Part shown: one piece after another, positions 31,324-40,554 of the stretch
Layout of the letters: each line of letters begins with the position of its first letter
Numbering within the stretch: position 1 is the first letter of the stretch
Origin: an uncultured bacterium
GTDB lineage: Bacteria; Babelota; Babeliae; Babelales; Babelaceae
Direction of reading: 5' to 3'
NCBI GenBank assembly: GCA_963824495.1
Contig: CAWGPQ010000014.1
Span: 1 to 64,000, forward strand
DNA length: 64,000 nucleotides
Program-made: the position numbers and the translations under genes
Notes under the pieces: model-generated
What the model was told of the DNA's origin: nothing
Seen by the model: the letters and a program-made list of their open reading frames with translations, nothing else
Database searches by the model: none

Positions 31324-31836
31324 ATGCCAAATGAGAGTTTAGATGTGAATGATTTGTACGAAAGATTTGAAGAAGCAGTTAATTCATGTAATGATAAACA
31401 CATAAAGGAGGTTTTACTTGAATTTAAAATGGAAGATTATGTACAGTCTCCCATCATGTTTGATTTAATTGTCGCGAAAAAATTTAATATATTGGAAAAC
31501 TTATATAAACGGGGTATGCCGTTCTCATATAGAGATGCATCAGGTGCGAATGCACTTCACGTTGCCTGTGGAATCTCAGGTAGCCTTGAAGCTGCGAAGT
31601 TTCTCATTGAAAGAAGTATTTTCACGGATATTAATGCTAAAACTGATGAGGGAGAAACGCCTTTCATTTTAGCCATTAAGTACAACCATGAAGATATAGT
31701 AACATACTTTTTAGAAAACTTTAAGCCTAATATGAATATTAGCACTATTTACAGAGAGACAGTACTTTCGCTTGCTAAAAAGCCTGGCAACCAAAAGATG
31801 GTATTGCTTCTCGAAAGGCAATGGGTCAGAACCTAA
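31324..31836 (+). CDS. ankyrin-repeat protein without signal peptide (candidate immunity)
   Basis: SGANALHVAC, EGETPFILA; begins 9 nt after the toxin-tip stop. Confidence 0.75.
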   Translation: MPNESLDVNDLYERFEEAVNSCNDKHIKEVLLEFKMEDYVQSPIMFDLIVAKKFNILENLYKRGMPFSYRDASGANALHVACGISGSLEAAKFLIERSIFTDINAKTDEGETPFILAIKYNHEDIVTYFLENFKPNMNISTIYRETVLSLAKKPGNQKMVLLLERQWVRT

Positions 31837-31981
31837 AATATGGATATCCCTATAAAAAATTATCACAAGCAAGCCTGAGGTTATTACGGTTTCTTAACCA
31901 AATGCAAGGACACGCTTTATACAAAACTATGGCTTAATCGCAAAAAGTTAATAATGATTCGTGCTAACAAGAAAAGTGATT

Positions 31982-32278
31982 ATGTATGAAGTAGCAAATG
32001 ATATTGTTGGTTCCAGTGAACACTGCTGTAATTTAATGACAGAATTTATAAGTGATACAAGAGTTCCTATAAGCTATTCACCGAAGTTCAGGGAGTATTA
32101 TATACCTTTGGGTGGTTCGCATGCAATTCAATGCATCATATTTTGTCCTTGGTGTGGAGCGAGGCTCCCGAAAGATTTGAGGGATGAGTATTTCGATATT
32201 ATCGAAAAAGAATATGAAGCAAAAAATCTGCCTGAAGAGTTTAAATGTAACATTTGGTGGAAAAAAAGAGGATTGTAA
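31982..32278 (+). CDS. DUF6980-like small Cys-rich protein (candidate immunity)
   Basis: HCC..M..ISY.PKFREYYI..IIFCPWCGARLPKDLRDEYF..WWKKRGL. Confidence 0.65.
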   Translation: MYEVANDIVGSSEHCCNLMTEFISDTRVPISYSPKFREYYIPLGGSHAIQCIIFCPWCGARLPKDLRDEYFDIIEKEYEAKNLPEEFKCNIWWKKRGL

Positions 32279-32321
32279 AATTACCAAACTTCCCGGCACC
32301 GCTATCGAAACCATTGATTCT

Positions 32322-32743
32322 GTGGATATTTCTGTAAAGGTTATTAAAAGCAAGCCTGAGGTTATTAATGGAATCTCCTGTGTATGGGGTAGATACAAAT
32401 TGGTGACTTCACAGAAAAGTTCATTATTCCTTTAGAATACTGGAGTCTTGAGGAATACCGGGAGCAATGGCGACAGGGCCTTGAAAGAATCAAGGCCCAT
32501 AGTCAATCTTGTCTTGTAGCATCAATTCAAGATCCCAAAAAGGCTCCCTGGCTTAATTGGTGGATACTTTATAAAGAAGGTGATACGGTATTTGTTCGCA
32601 ATAATCTATTTTGGGCAAGTTTATATAAGAAAAAGATAGGCAAGGAGCCCTTTACTATTGAGAATTGCTATAAATTTATACCAAAGCGTACTATTGTTAG
32701 ACAAGGTGAACCCGAGATTTCCGAATGGAAGTTTACTTTATAG
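32322..32743 (+). pseudogene. CdiI (Enterobacter cloacae type)-like immunity gene, 1-nt frameshift near 32390
   Basis: IQIGDFTEKFIIPLEYWSLEEYREQW..SCLVASIQDP..WWILYKEGDTVFVRNN..EISEW; absent from the ORF track. Confidence 0.7.
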
Positions 32744-32751
32744 AAAAAGCA

Positions 32752-33648
32752 TCATTGATGCTGGATTGCGTTATACACAGCTTTTCTTTGTGTTGGATTA
32801 GGCTCTTGCCAGAAGCTGGCATAGCGGTCTCCGCTTGAAAAGTGCCAATATTCATAAACGTAATTAATAAGCCCTGCTTGTGTTGCAGCTACTAATGCGT
32901 ACAAGCGATTATTTTTTTGTGCATCAGATATATCTTCTGAAAAGGTTGGAGCGGTTGTATTTTTTCCCCAAATAACGCCAAATGGTCCAAGATCCACAAA
33001 TTGCTTATGATGGTTATCCCAAAGACGAATGTCAACAGCAGCCCCGGTCGAATGTACCGGTATATTATTACGCACAGGTGAAATCCATTTTGAAGTTTCG
33101 TTAAATACTTCATCAGCGCTCATGGATGGATTAGCTGCCTGAATTTCTTGTGCTTTACCCTTAAATAGTCTTTCTTGCGTTGTTACATCTCGTAATGCTT
33201 CAAATATTTTTATAATTATCTGACCCGGTGTATAGCCAAAATTTTGGGCCAGGATATCAAGTTGTTCAACCATTGTTTGAAGCTTTACAAATACTGTTGT
33301 GCGCATTTTTGATGCCGCCGTAAACCCTGAATTATAATCTGGGGAGGCAAAAGGATGTTCGGGTGTTGGAAGCATTGCTATACGATCAGTGCTAACCTCG
33401 TTATTACTGTCGATAAGTGGTTCATGACACTCGACAATTGGTATATTTTTGATAACCGTGTCGGCAATTTTAGGAGCTACGCCTTGAGCGTATGCATTGT
33501 ATTGAGATAGTATAAGCTGATATGTCGACTCACCCATAACTGCTTGTTTCTTATCGATATAGGTTTTCCAGTTCATTGCAGAGAGAATCGGGCTATTAAG
33601 CATGAGATATACCAGAATATTAATTTTTCTTATAGGTAGTAGTGACAT
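32752..33648 (-). CDS. M15-family D,D-dipeptidase-like metallopeptidase
   Basis: EALR, PVHSTGAAVD, EYWHFSSGD. Confidence 0.8.
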   Translation of the reverse strand: MSLLPIRKINILVYLMLNSPILSAMNWKTYIDKKQAVMGESTYQLILSQYNAYAQGVAPKIADTVIKNIPIVECHEPLIDSNNEVSTDRIAMLPTPEHPFASPDYNSGFTAASKMRTTVFVKLQTMVEQLDILAQNFGYTPGQIIIKIFEALRDVTTQERLFKGKAQEIQAANPSMSADEVFNETSKWISPVRNNIPVHSTGAAVDIRLWDNHHKQFVDLGPFGVIWGKNTTAPTFSEDISDAQKNNRLYALVAATQAGLINYVYEYWHFSSGDRYASFWQEPNPTQRKAVYNAIQHQ

Positions 33649-33666
33649 GTTTTTGTGAGCAGTGTG

Positions 33667-34314
33667 CTATTGTTTGCTTAACTCTTCAAATGAGATATCT
33701 CGTATAGGGTAATCTTGCCAGCCGTTAAAATCAAAATGCCACCATTCGTTTACCCAACCAATAAAACCGTGCTTATGCATGATGTGTTCTAAAAGTTTGC
33801 GATTGGTTAGAATATGAGCAGGAAAGTTCATAGAAGTGCGATGGGCTTTTTCAGTAAAGTCATCGAATTCGCTGCCCATCTCAAGTTCTTTGCCAGTTTT
33901 TGTATCGACTAACGTAACATCAACGGCACAGCCACGATTATGGCGAGATCCTTTTGCCGGGTTTGCAACATAACGTTCATCAGGCACGAGATTCCAAAAT
34001 ATTTTTTGCACTGAGAGGGGACGATATCCGTCAAAAACTTTTAAGCTTAGGCCAAGATCAAGAAATTCTTTTTGGGCTGCTTGCAAAGCTTGTGCGGCAC
34101 CTTCTTCAAGATAGCATTCTGCAACAGTGTATACTGGTACGCCAGTAAAGTTGTTGGCTGTTGCATAGCGAATATCAAGTTTAATTGTGGGGTCGATTTT
34201 TATTAGTTTCACGAGTTTTGCTCCTAATTCATGATGAAGAGAAAGAAGATAAAGCAAGGAGTATGCTATATACGATACGTATCTTTTTGTTAAAATATTC
34301 ATAAAAATATTCAT
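33667..34314 (-). CDS. ddpX: D-Ala-D-Ala dipeptidase (VanX/DdpX family) with leader
   Basis: DIRYATANNF, DGYRP, SRHNRGCAVD, EWWHF. Confidence 0.9.
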   Translation of the reverse strand: MNIFMNILTKRYVSYIAYSLLYLLSLHHELGAKLVKLIKIDPTIKLDIRYATANNFTGVPVYTVAECYLEEGAAQALQAAQKEFLDLGLSLKVFDGYRPLSVQKIFWNLVPDERYVANPAKGSRHNRGCAVDVTLVDTKTGKELEMGSEFDDFTEKAHRTSMNFPAHILTNRKLLEHIMHKHGFIGWVNEWWHFDFNGWQDYPIRDISFEELSKQ

Positions 34315-34483
34315 GGTAAAACCCTTATGCGAGCTAGTAAGATATCAAAATGGATTATTGATCTTGATGAACGTACCTGTAATATTAAATGTTTCTTGCA
34401 AATGTGCAACTAATGCCTTGGGATCGACTATTTCGGTAGCATATAGTTTTTTGTTGCATAAAACTCCAAATAATTTTTCCATT

Positions 34484-35086
34484 CTATTCTTTAAGTGGAC
34501 AAGCAGGATACACCGCATGAGGATTTTCGTTCTCTTGATGTATAGGGCAGTTGCAATAGTTTATCATATCAAGATGGGAACTAAAAATAGTAGTTAGATA
34601 TTGGCCATTTTCATCTCCTTGACCAAGGGCGAGAACAAATGGAGTTATTTCAAGTAAGCTATCATTAAAATGAGCAACTTTAAGTTCTTTAATACGAGCA
34701 AGTGTTAAATGTGGCCTATAGAGCTCCCCCATATCGCTAATGCATTGTATATTGTATGTTTTAAGGGTCTCAACAACTATGTGATGAAGCTTAACTAATC
34801 CAGGCTCTCTTTCTACAGAAAGTGAAGCTCCCCATAGATTTTTAGCCTTTTTAGTAAACCCCATCCCTGTAAATTTTGGTTGGGGAATATCAGTTATATG
34901 GTCTTGAATGGTATGCCAAATATCTAATAATGCATCTTTGTCACTTAGATAAAACTGAGCTAAAGTGACATGTGGCAAACTACTACCCGATAACAAATAC
35001 CCTTCTGAAATTGCTGAAAATTGCTCTTGGGCCTCTTGGATAAAAGGATTGGGGATAGCAGCCAAAAGAGCAATAATATATCTCAT
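34484..35086 (-). CDS. 2H phosphoesterase (2'-5' RNA ligase-like)
   Basis: Two HxT motifs PHVTL and PHLTL; start MRYII at 35086. Confidence 0.75.
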   Translation of the reverse strand: MRYIIALLAAIPNPFIQEAQEQFSAISEGYLLSGSSLPHVTLAQFYLSDKDALLDIWHTIQDHITDIPQPKFTGMGFTKKAKNLWGASLSVEREPGLVKLHHIVVETLKTYNIQCISDMGELYRPHLTLARIKELKVAHFNDSLLEITPFVLALGQGDENGQYLTTIFSSHLDMINYCNCPIHQENENPHAVYPACPLKE

Positions 35087-35268
35087 AGGAAAAGCCTCTC
35101 GCTTTGTTGGACAGGGGAAAAGAGCGTATAGCCAACAAGGATAACACTGCTTCTTGTAGCAAGCAAGATACCATTGCTTGAGGTGGACTTTCATCTAAAA
35201 ATATTAGGATACCAAAAGGCCTGAAAATATGCTAAACTCTTATTGAGATATAATTAAATGGTAAACTT

Positions 35269-36048
35269 ATGAAAACAAATATTATTGCTATCGGTGGTGG
35301 CAATATTAAAGCTGGTGAAACTCTTAGTATTGATCGCACCATAGTTGAGCAAGCAAACAAAAATAATCCACGATTGCTGTTTATCCCAACGGCAAGCTCT
35401 GATCCCGGTGTCAAAACGCGGCTTGATAGCAAAGAAAAGATTATTGCGCTTACGCTTGATCTTTGTGGTTCGCCTCACGACGGTTGCGATTACCGCTATG
35501 TTCGCTTTTTTGAAGAAGAAAATATACCAGTTACGATTTTTGTTACGGGCAATTGGATTAAAAATCACCCCGAAGATTTCGAGTGTTTAGTACGAAACCC
35601 GTTATGTGATATTCAAAATCATGAAAATAATCATAAGCCATGCTCGACACAGGGAAACTCCATATATGGTATAGAGGGGACTAAAAATGTCCAAGAGGTT
35701 ATAGCTGAAGTTGAAGATGGCGCCGATACTATAAAAAAGCATACGAAAAAAAAGCCATGTTTTTATAGATCAGGTACTGCCTATTATGACGAAGTGGCTG
35801 TAGAAGTTATTCAGGAACTCGGCTACGATGTTATTGGCTTTAACGTTTTAGGTGACAAAGGGACGACGTATTCGAGAGAACAAGTCTTTGAGGCTCTTAT
35901 ACAGGCGCAGCCTGGATCAGTTGTTATTCTGCACATGAATCATCCAAAAAAAGAATGTGCGCTGGGGGTAATTGCCGCTATTAAAGAGTTAAAGCGACAG
36001 GGATTTAAGTTCGTTAAGTTGATTGATTACGCTGATATCTTGCGTTAA
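35269..36048 (+). CDS. polysaccharide deacetylase domain fused behind a peptidase E (S51) N-terminal stub
   Basis: IIAIGGG..LFIPTASSD followed by IALTLDLCG, TIFVTG, QNH..H, YRSGTAYYD, ILHMNHP. Confidence 0.75.
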   Translation: MKTNIIAIGGGNIKAGETLSIDRTIVEQANKNNPRLLFIPTASSDPGVKTRLDSKEKIIALTLDLCGSPHDGCDYRYVRFFEEENIPVTIFVTGNWIKNHPEDFECLVRNPLCDIQNHENNHKPCSTQGNSIYGIEGTKNVQEVIAEVEDGADTIKKHTKKKPCFYRSGTAYYDEVAVEVIQELGYDVIGFNVLGDKGTTYSREQVFEALIQAQPGSVVILHMNHPKKECALGVIAAIKELKRQGFKFVKLIDYADILR

Positions 36049-36058
36049 AGAATGGCAA

Positions 36059-36583
36059 ATGAAACATCTCTATGCGCCGTGGCGTGGATCATATGTACGA
36101 GACAGTGAACGAGAAGTGGACCCTAATGATATATCCCACTGTATCTTTTGCCGGCAGCTTGAGCAATCATGCGACAGCGATAATTTTATTATACGGCGCT
36201 TTGAGCATGTAGCTGTTATTCTGAACCTATACCCTTATAATCCTGGGCATATTTTAGCAGTTCCCTATGCACATGTTCCAGCCCTACCAGATCTTACGCC
36301 TGAGGCCCGTTCTGAGCTGATGCAGGTAATAAGCGATAGTACCCAGATCTTGCATGGCGTACTTAATAATGACGGCGTCAATGTAGGCATAAATTTAGGA
36401 GGTAAAGCTGCTGGTGGAAGCGTGCCTGGCCATCTTCATGTTCATGTGCTACCGCGTTGGCTAGGAGATACAAATTTTCTTCCGACATTAGCAGATACTA
36501 AGCAGATTTCAGCAAACTTGCACGAAGTTTATCGGCAGCTTAGGGAAACATTTGATGTCTTTTATACGAAAAGCACAGGCTAA
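36059..36583 (+). CDS. HIT-family hydrolase
   Basis: LYAPWR, CIFC, NLYPYNPGH, HLHVHVLPRW. Confidence 0.9.
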   Translation: MKHLYAPWRGSYVRDSEREVDPNDISHCIFCRQLEQSCDSDNFIIRRFEHVAVILNLYPYNPGHILAVPYAHVPALPDLTPEARSELMQVISDSTQILHGVLNNDGVNVGINLGGKAAGGSVPGHLHVHVLPRWLGDTNFLPTLADTKQISANLHEVYRQLRETFDVFYTKSTG

Positions 36584-36671
36584 ACAAAATTCGTCAAAAT
36601 TCCTAAAATCCTGTATTCTAAGATAAAATAGCCCTATTTGTGTTATCGTACATCGTGAGAGAGGTACTCTT

Positions 36672-39269
36672 ATGGGTTCCCAGGAAATTCGTCAAAAGTT
36701 TTTTGATTTCTTTATTCGTCATGGACACACCAAAGTGCCCAGCTCTTCGCTTATTCCTGCCCATGATCCGACACTTCTGTTTGCTAACGCGGGCATGAAC
36801 CAATTTAAAGACGTCTTCTTAGGCAAAGAAAAGCGTAGGTATACACGTGCTGTTTCTATTCAAAAGTGCATGCGTGCCGGTGGCAAGCATAATGATCTCG
36901 AAAATGTTGGTTTTACGGCACGCCACTTAACATTTTTTGAAATGATGGGTAACTTCTCGTTTGGTGATTATTTTAAGAAAGATGCTATCCGCTTTGCATG
37001 GGATTTCTTAACTCAAGAGCTTAGCTTGCCTCAAGAGAAGCTTTTTGCAAGCGTTTATAAGCACGATAATGAAGCTTACGATATTTGGCACCGTGATATA
37101 GGTTTACCTCATGAGCGCATCTCACGGTTAGGAGAAACAGATAATTTTTGGCAAATGGGTGACACTGGTCCTTGTGGGCCCTGCTCAGAAATTTATGTTG
37201 ATCGTGGTTTAGGGTATGGCTGTGCTACCCCTTCATGTGGCCCGGGCTGTGTATGTGATCGTTTTTTAGAAATATGGAATCTTGTATTTATGCAATATGA
37301 CCGTCAACCTGACGGTACTGATAAGCCTTTAGAGCAAACGGGCGTTGATACTGGTATGGGGCTTGAGCGCCTATGCGCTGTTATGCAAGAGAAAGGCTCT
37401 GTATATGAAACAGATCTCTTTACCGGTCTTATTCATAGCCTAGAAATAGTAACTGGTCGAATCTATGATCAAGCTTCACCTGAAATCAAAGCTGCTTTTA
37501 GAGTGCTTGCGGATCACATTCGTGCCTCCTGTTTTGCTATCGCTGATGGGTGCGTTCCCTCAAATGAGGGGCGGGGCTATGTTGTAAGAAAAATTATTCG
37601 ACGTGCTGCACTCTTTGCTCAAAAATTGAGCGATAAAAATATTTTCCCTGAACTAGCGCCCACGCTTATGGATCAGATGGGATCATTATATCCAGAGCTT
37701 GTTGCAAGCAAAGATCTTATAGTCAAGCTTATCACCAGTGAGATAGAAAAATTTGCCCATAATCTACTGCAGAGTCAAGCAATTTTAAATACATATTTGG
37801 CTGAGGGACAAGTTGAGCGGCGCATTACAGGCAATCAAGCATTTAAGCTCTACGATACCTATGGATTTCCGCTTGAGCTTACACAGGTTATTGCCCGTGA
37901 GCACCGGTTTACTGTTGATGTTAAGGGGTTTGAGGAAGAGATGGAACGCCAGCGTACGCAATCGGGAAAGAAGGGTCACCCAACCACCCATCAGCCTGAT
38001 CTTGTAAAATCGATAAGCACAGAATTTACGGGCTATACAGAACTTGAAACTCGGTCAATGGTGACTGCTTTATTGATCGATGCAACACCTACAGAACGTG
38101 TAACTCAGGGTCAGCGCTGCTGGGTTATCACGCAACGTTCACCATTCTATGTTGAAGGTGGTGGTCAGGTTAGTGATCAAGGATTGATTATAACTTCTCA
38201 TGGTGAGACGAGCGTTCTTAGCCTGAAAAGAATAGGGCAGGCGATAGCTGCTGAAATTATCGCTCCAGAAGATTTGCATATCAGTGATCAGGTAACGTTA
38301 GTTGTCGATGCTGAAAAGCGTCTTGATACTATGAAAAATCACACTGCAACCCATCTATTACAAGCGGCTTTACTTGCTGTTCTTGGCAAACAGGTCAAGC
38401 AAGCCGGGTCGCTGGTTGCTCCTGATTATTTACGCTTTGATTTTACGTATCCTGAAAATCTTACGGCAGAGCAAGTTAAGCAAGTCGAAGATCTGGTAAA
38501 TCGCAAAATCTGGGAAAATATTACCCTACGTATTACGTTCACTACGTATAAAGATGCCCTTGATCGTGGCGTTATAGCATTTTTCGGAGAGAAATATAAC
38601 CCTGAACATGTACGTGTTGTTGAAATTCCGGGCTCTTCTGCAGAATTATGTGGAGGAACTCATGTACGTGCTACTGGTGATATTGGTTGTTTCAAAATTA
38701 CCGATGTTTCGGCGCTTTCAGTTGGTGTGCGTCGTATAGTAGCAGTTACCGGTCCGGGAGCCTTATCGTTATTCCAGGAGAATTTTGCTCTCGTTAAAGC
38801 TTTATCCCAAGAATTTAAAGTTAAACCTACTGAGGCTCTTGATGCTGTTAAGAAACAAAGAGATCAGCTTAAATCGGCTCTTACTGAAATAAAAACTCTC
38901 AAAAAGCAATTCATACAAAAGCAGATTCCAGAATGGCTTACGCACGTACATCAGATAGGTTCATTGCCATTTCTGTATCTATCACTACAAGATACAGCAC
39001 CTGATGAATTACGTGATATTGCTGCACGTCTTATGCAGGCTAAGCCAGGCTTTTACTTCATTGTCTCGTCGGTATCTGATCGAGTATATTTCTTTGCTGG
39101 TATATCTCCTGAATACGGTAAGTTTATTGATCTCAAAGAATTTACCAAATGGCTTAAAGATTATGGACTCCAGGGTGGTGGTAGTGCTGTATCTGTTCAA
39201 GGAAGTGGTGCTCATCTTGACCCTGAGCTGCGTGAGAAAATTATGACACGGGTGGCGGAGAACACATGA
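36672..39269 (+). CDS. alaS: alanyl-tRNA synthetase
   Basis: NAGMNQFK, HLTFFEMMGNFSFGDYFK, GPCGPCSEI, DTGMGLER, NHTATH, ELCGGTH. Confidence 0.98.
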   Translation: MGSQEIRQKFFDFFIRHGHTKVPSSSLIPAHDPTLLFANAGMNQFKDVFLGKEKRRYTRAVSIQKCMRAGGKHNDLENVGFTARHLTFFEMMGNFSFGDYFKKDAIRFAWDFLTQELSLPQEKLFASVYKHDNEAYDIWHRDIGLPHERISRLGETDNFWQMGDTGPCGPCSEIYVDRGLGYGCATPSCGPGCVCDRFLEIWNLVFMQYDRQPDGTDKPLEQTGVDTGMGLERLCAVMQEKGSVYETDLFTGLIHSLEIVTGRIYDQASPEIKAAFRVLADHIRASCFAIADGCVPSNEGRGYVVRKIIRRAALFAQKLSDKNIFPELAPTLMDQMGSLYPELVASKDLIVKLITSEIEKFAHNLLQSQAILNTYLAEGQVERRITGNQAFKLYDTYGFPLELTQVIAREHRFTVDVKGFEEEMERQRTQSGKKGHPTTHQPDLVKSISTEFTGYTELETRSMVTALLIDATPTERVTQGQRCWVITQRSPFYVEGGGQVSDQGLIITSHGETSVLSLKRIGQAIAAEIIAPEDLHISDQVTLVVDAEKRLDTMKNHTATHLLQAALLAVLGKQVKQAGSLVAPDYLRFDFTYPENLTAEQVKQVEDLVNRKIWENITLRITFTTYKDALDRGVIAFFGEKYNPEHVRVVEIPGSSAELCGGTHVRATGDIGCFKITDVSALSVGVRRIVAVTGPGALSLFQENFALVKALSQEFKVKPTEALDAVKKQRDQLKSALTEIKTLKKQFIQKQIPEWLTHVHQIGSLPFLYLSLQDTAPDELRDIAARLMQAKPGFYFIVSSVSDRVYFFAGISPEYGKFIDLKEFTKWLKDYGLQGGGSAVSVQGSGAHLDPELREKIMTRVAENT

Positions 39270-39601
39270 TAACGAAACAGCTCTTTGTTCCACTTTTAGC
39301 ACAGCTTATTGGTGCATTTCTACTGGCTATAGGGTTTATCCCCTGTTTTGCGATGGCAAAACAGCCTTTTGAGCCATTTCTAATATGTAGTGTGAGTATC
39401 TGTTGTGCTCTTTTGCTCAACAATACCAAGTTTGGCAAAAACTACTATACGCATGCATCTTTGACTAAAAAGTTATTAGTTGCGGTAGTAATAGCAGTTG
39501 TATTCTGGTCTGGGGTATTTACAGTTGTTTATTGCACGAGAACGGTGTGGCATGGATCATATCTCATATATGATCAAATTTCTCGTGCTTGGTATAAATG
39601 A
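39266..39601 (+). CDS. small membrane protein (NTxFG family)
   Basis: Three hydrophobic segments; LNNTKFG..SLTKKL. Confidence 0.65.
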   Translation: MITKQLFVPLLAQLIGAFLLAIGFIPCFAMAKQPFEPFLICSVSICCALLLNNTKFGKNYYTHASLTKKLLVAVVIAVVFWSGVFTVVYCTRTVWHGSYLIYDQISRAWYK

Positions 39602-39627
39602 ATGAACGATAATAGTGGTCATAAATA

Positions 39628-39927
39628 ATGGGCACGGAACAGCTCTTTCGCTTAAACTTAATAATTCTTGGTATTGTTTGTTGTGCTTACGTGCTCAACA
39701 ATACTGAATTCGGTGTACGACGTAAACAGGAATCTTTAGCGAGAAAACTGTTGTTTTGTTATACCGTATGGCTTATATATTGGGTACTCGTAACTGCTGT
39801 TATTTATGGTCATAATGTACACTGGTTTAGATTATATTATCATTTTTTACTGCTGACTTTTTTTGCTTTGGTGACAACGCTTCAGAAAATAATAACCAAA
39901 AATCGAATGGAAAAACGTGATAATTGA
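39628..39927 (+). CDS. small membrane protein (NTxFG family)
   Basis: LNNTEFG..SLARKL. Confidence 0.65.
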   Translation: MGTEQLFRLNLIILGIVCCAYVLNNTEFGVRRKQESLARKLLFCYTVWLIYWVLVTAVIYGHNVHWFRLYYHFLLLTFFALVTTLQKIITKNRMEKRDN

Positions 39928-40126
39928 ACATGCTATTGGCAAAATAATACTTATTGGAAATATTTTGTCTATAATTGTAGTTAGTAATACTAGATTCGGC
40001 AAAAAGCTTATGCGTGAATCTTGGACTAAGCAGGTATCGATTTTAGTTATGTTATCGCTCGTATATTTCGTAGTGGGCTACTTAGTTGTTTATGGTATTA
40101 CGGGGGAAAGATTGCCATTATGGTAA
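39917..40126 (+). CDS. small membrane protein (NTxFG family)
   Basis: VSNTRFG..SWTKQV. Confidence 0.6.
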   Translation: MIIEHAIGKIILIGNILSIIVVSNTRFGKKLMRESWTKQVSILVMLSLVYFVVGYLVVYGITGERLPLW

Positions 40127-40554
40127 AGTTTAAATTAAAAGAATATTATGCGCTTAGTTTGGTGGCTTTAGTTGCATCTCAAGCATCAGGTGCATTGTTG
40201 GCTCATGAGTATACGCACGTAAAAAATAATAGCGTAAACAGTAATAGCATACTAACACGCATCATACATGATCCCCTCATGGACACTGTTGTCTTTGCAT
40301 CAGGTTTCGTTGCTGGATGGAGTTTTTCGCTTATTCGTATAGCAAAAGAGTTTCAAAAACAGCGTTGTTTCGGTTTGCGTGAAGAGTTAACGCAATTTTT
40401 TGCTGCTGCAAGCGTAGGGCTCGTTACCGGTGGTATGGCAAATAAAAAGTATGCTACACTTAAGTCACGCAATACGTTTGGTCAAACCCAGCAATTTGGG
40501 AGAGAGTCTAATGAAGATGTTAGAGAGCAGGTTAAAGAAACTGGTAGTGATTAA
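40120..40554 (+). CDS. hypothetical exported/membrane protein
   Basis: Leader plus two Gly-rich hydrophobic helices (GFVAGW, FAAASVGLV) resembling 41416-41790. Confidence 0.55.
   Translation: MVKFKLKEYYALSLVALVASQASGALLAHEYTHVKNNSVNSNSILTRIIHDPLMDTVVFASGFVAGWSFSLIRIAKEFQKQRCFGLREELTQFFAAASVGLVTGGMANKKYATLKSRNTFGQTQQFGRESNEDVREQVKETGSD

Noticed and set aside
31887..31981. Possible further toxin-tip remnant before the DUF6980-like gene
   Set aside because: Too short and no recognisable motif in any frame
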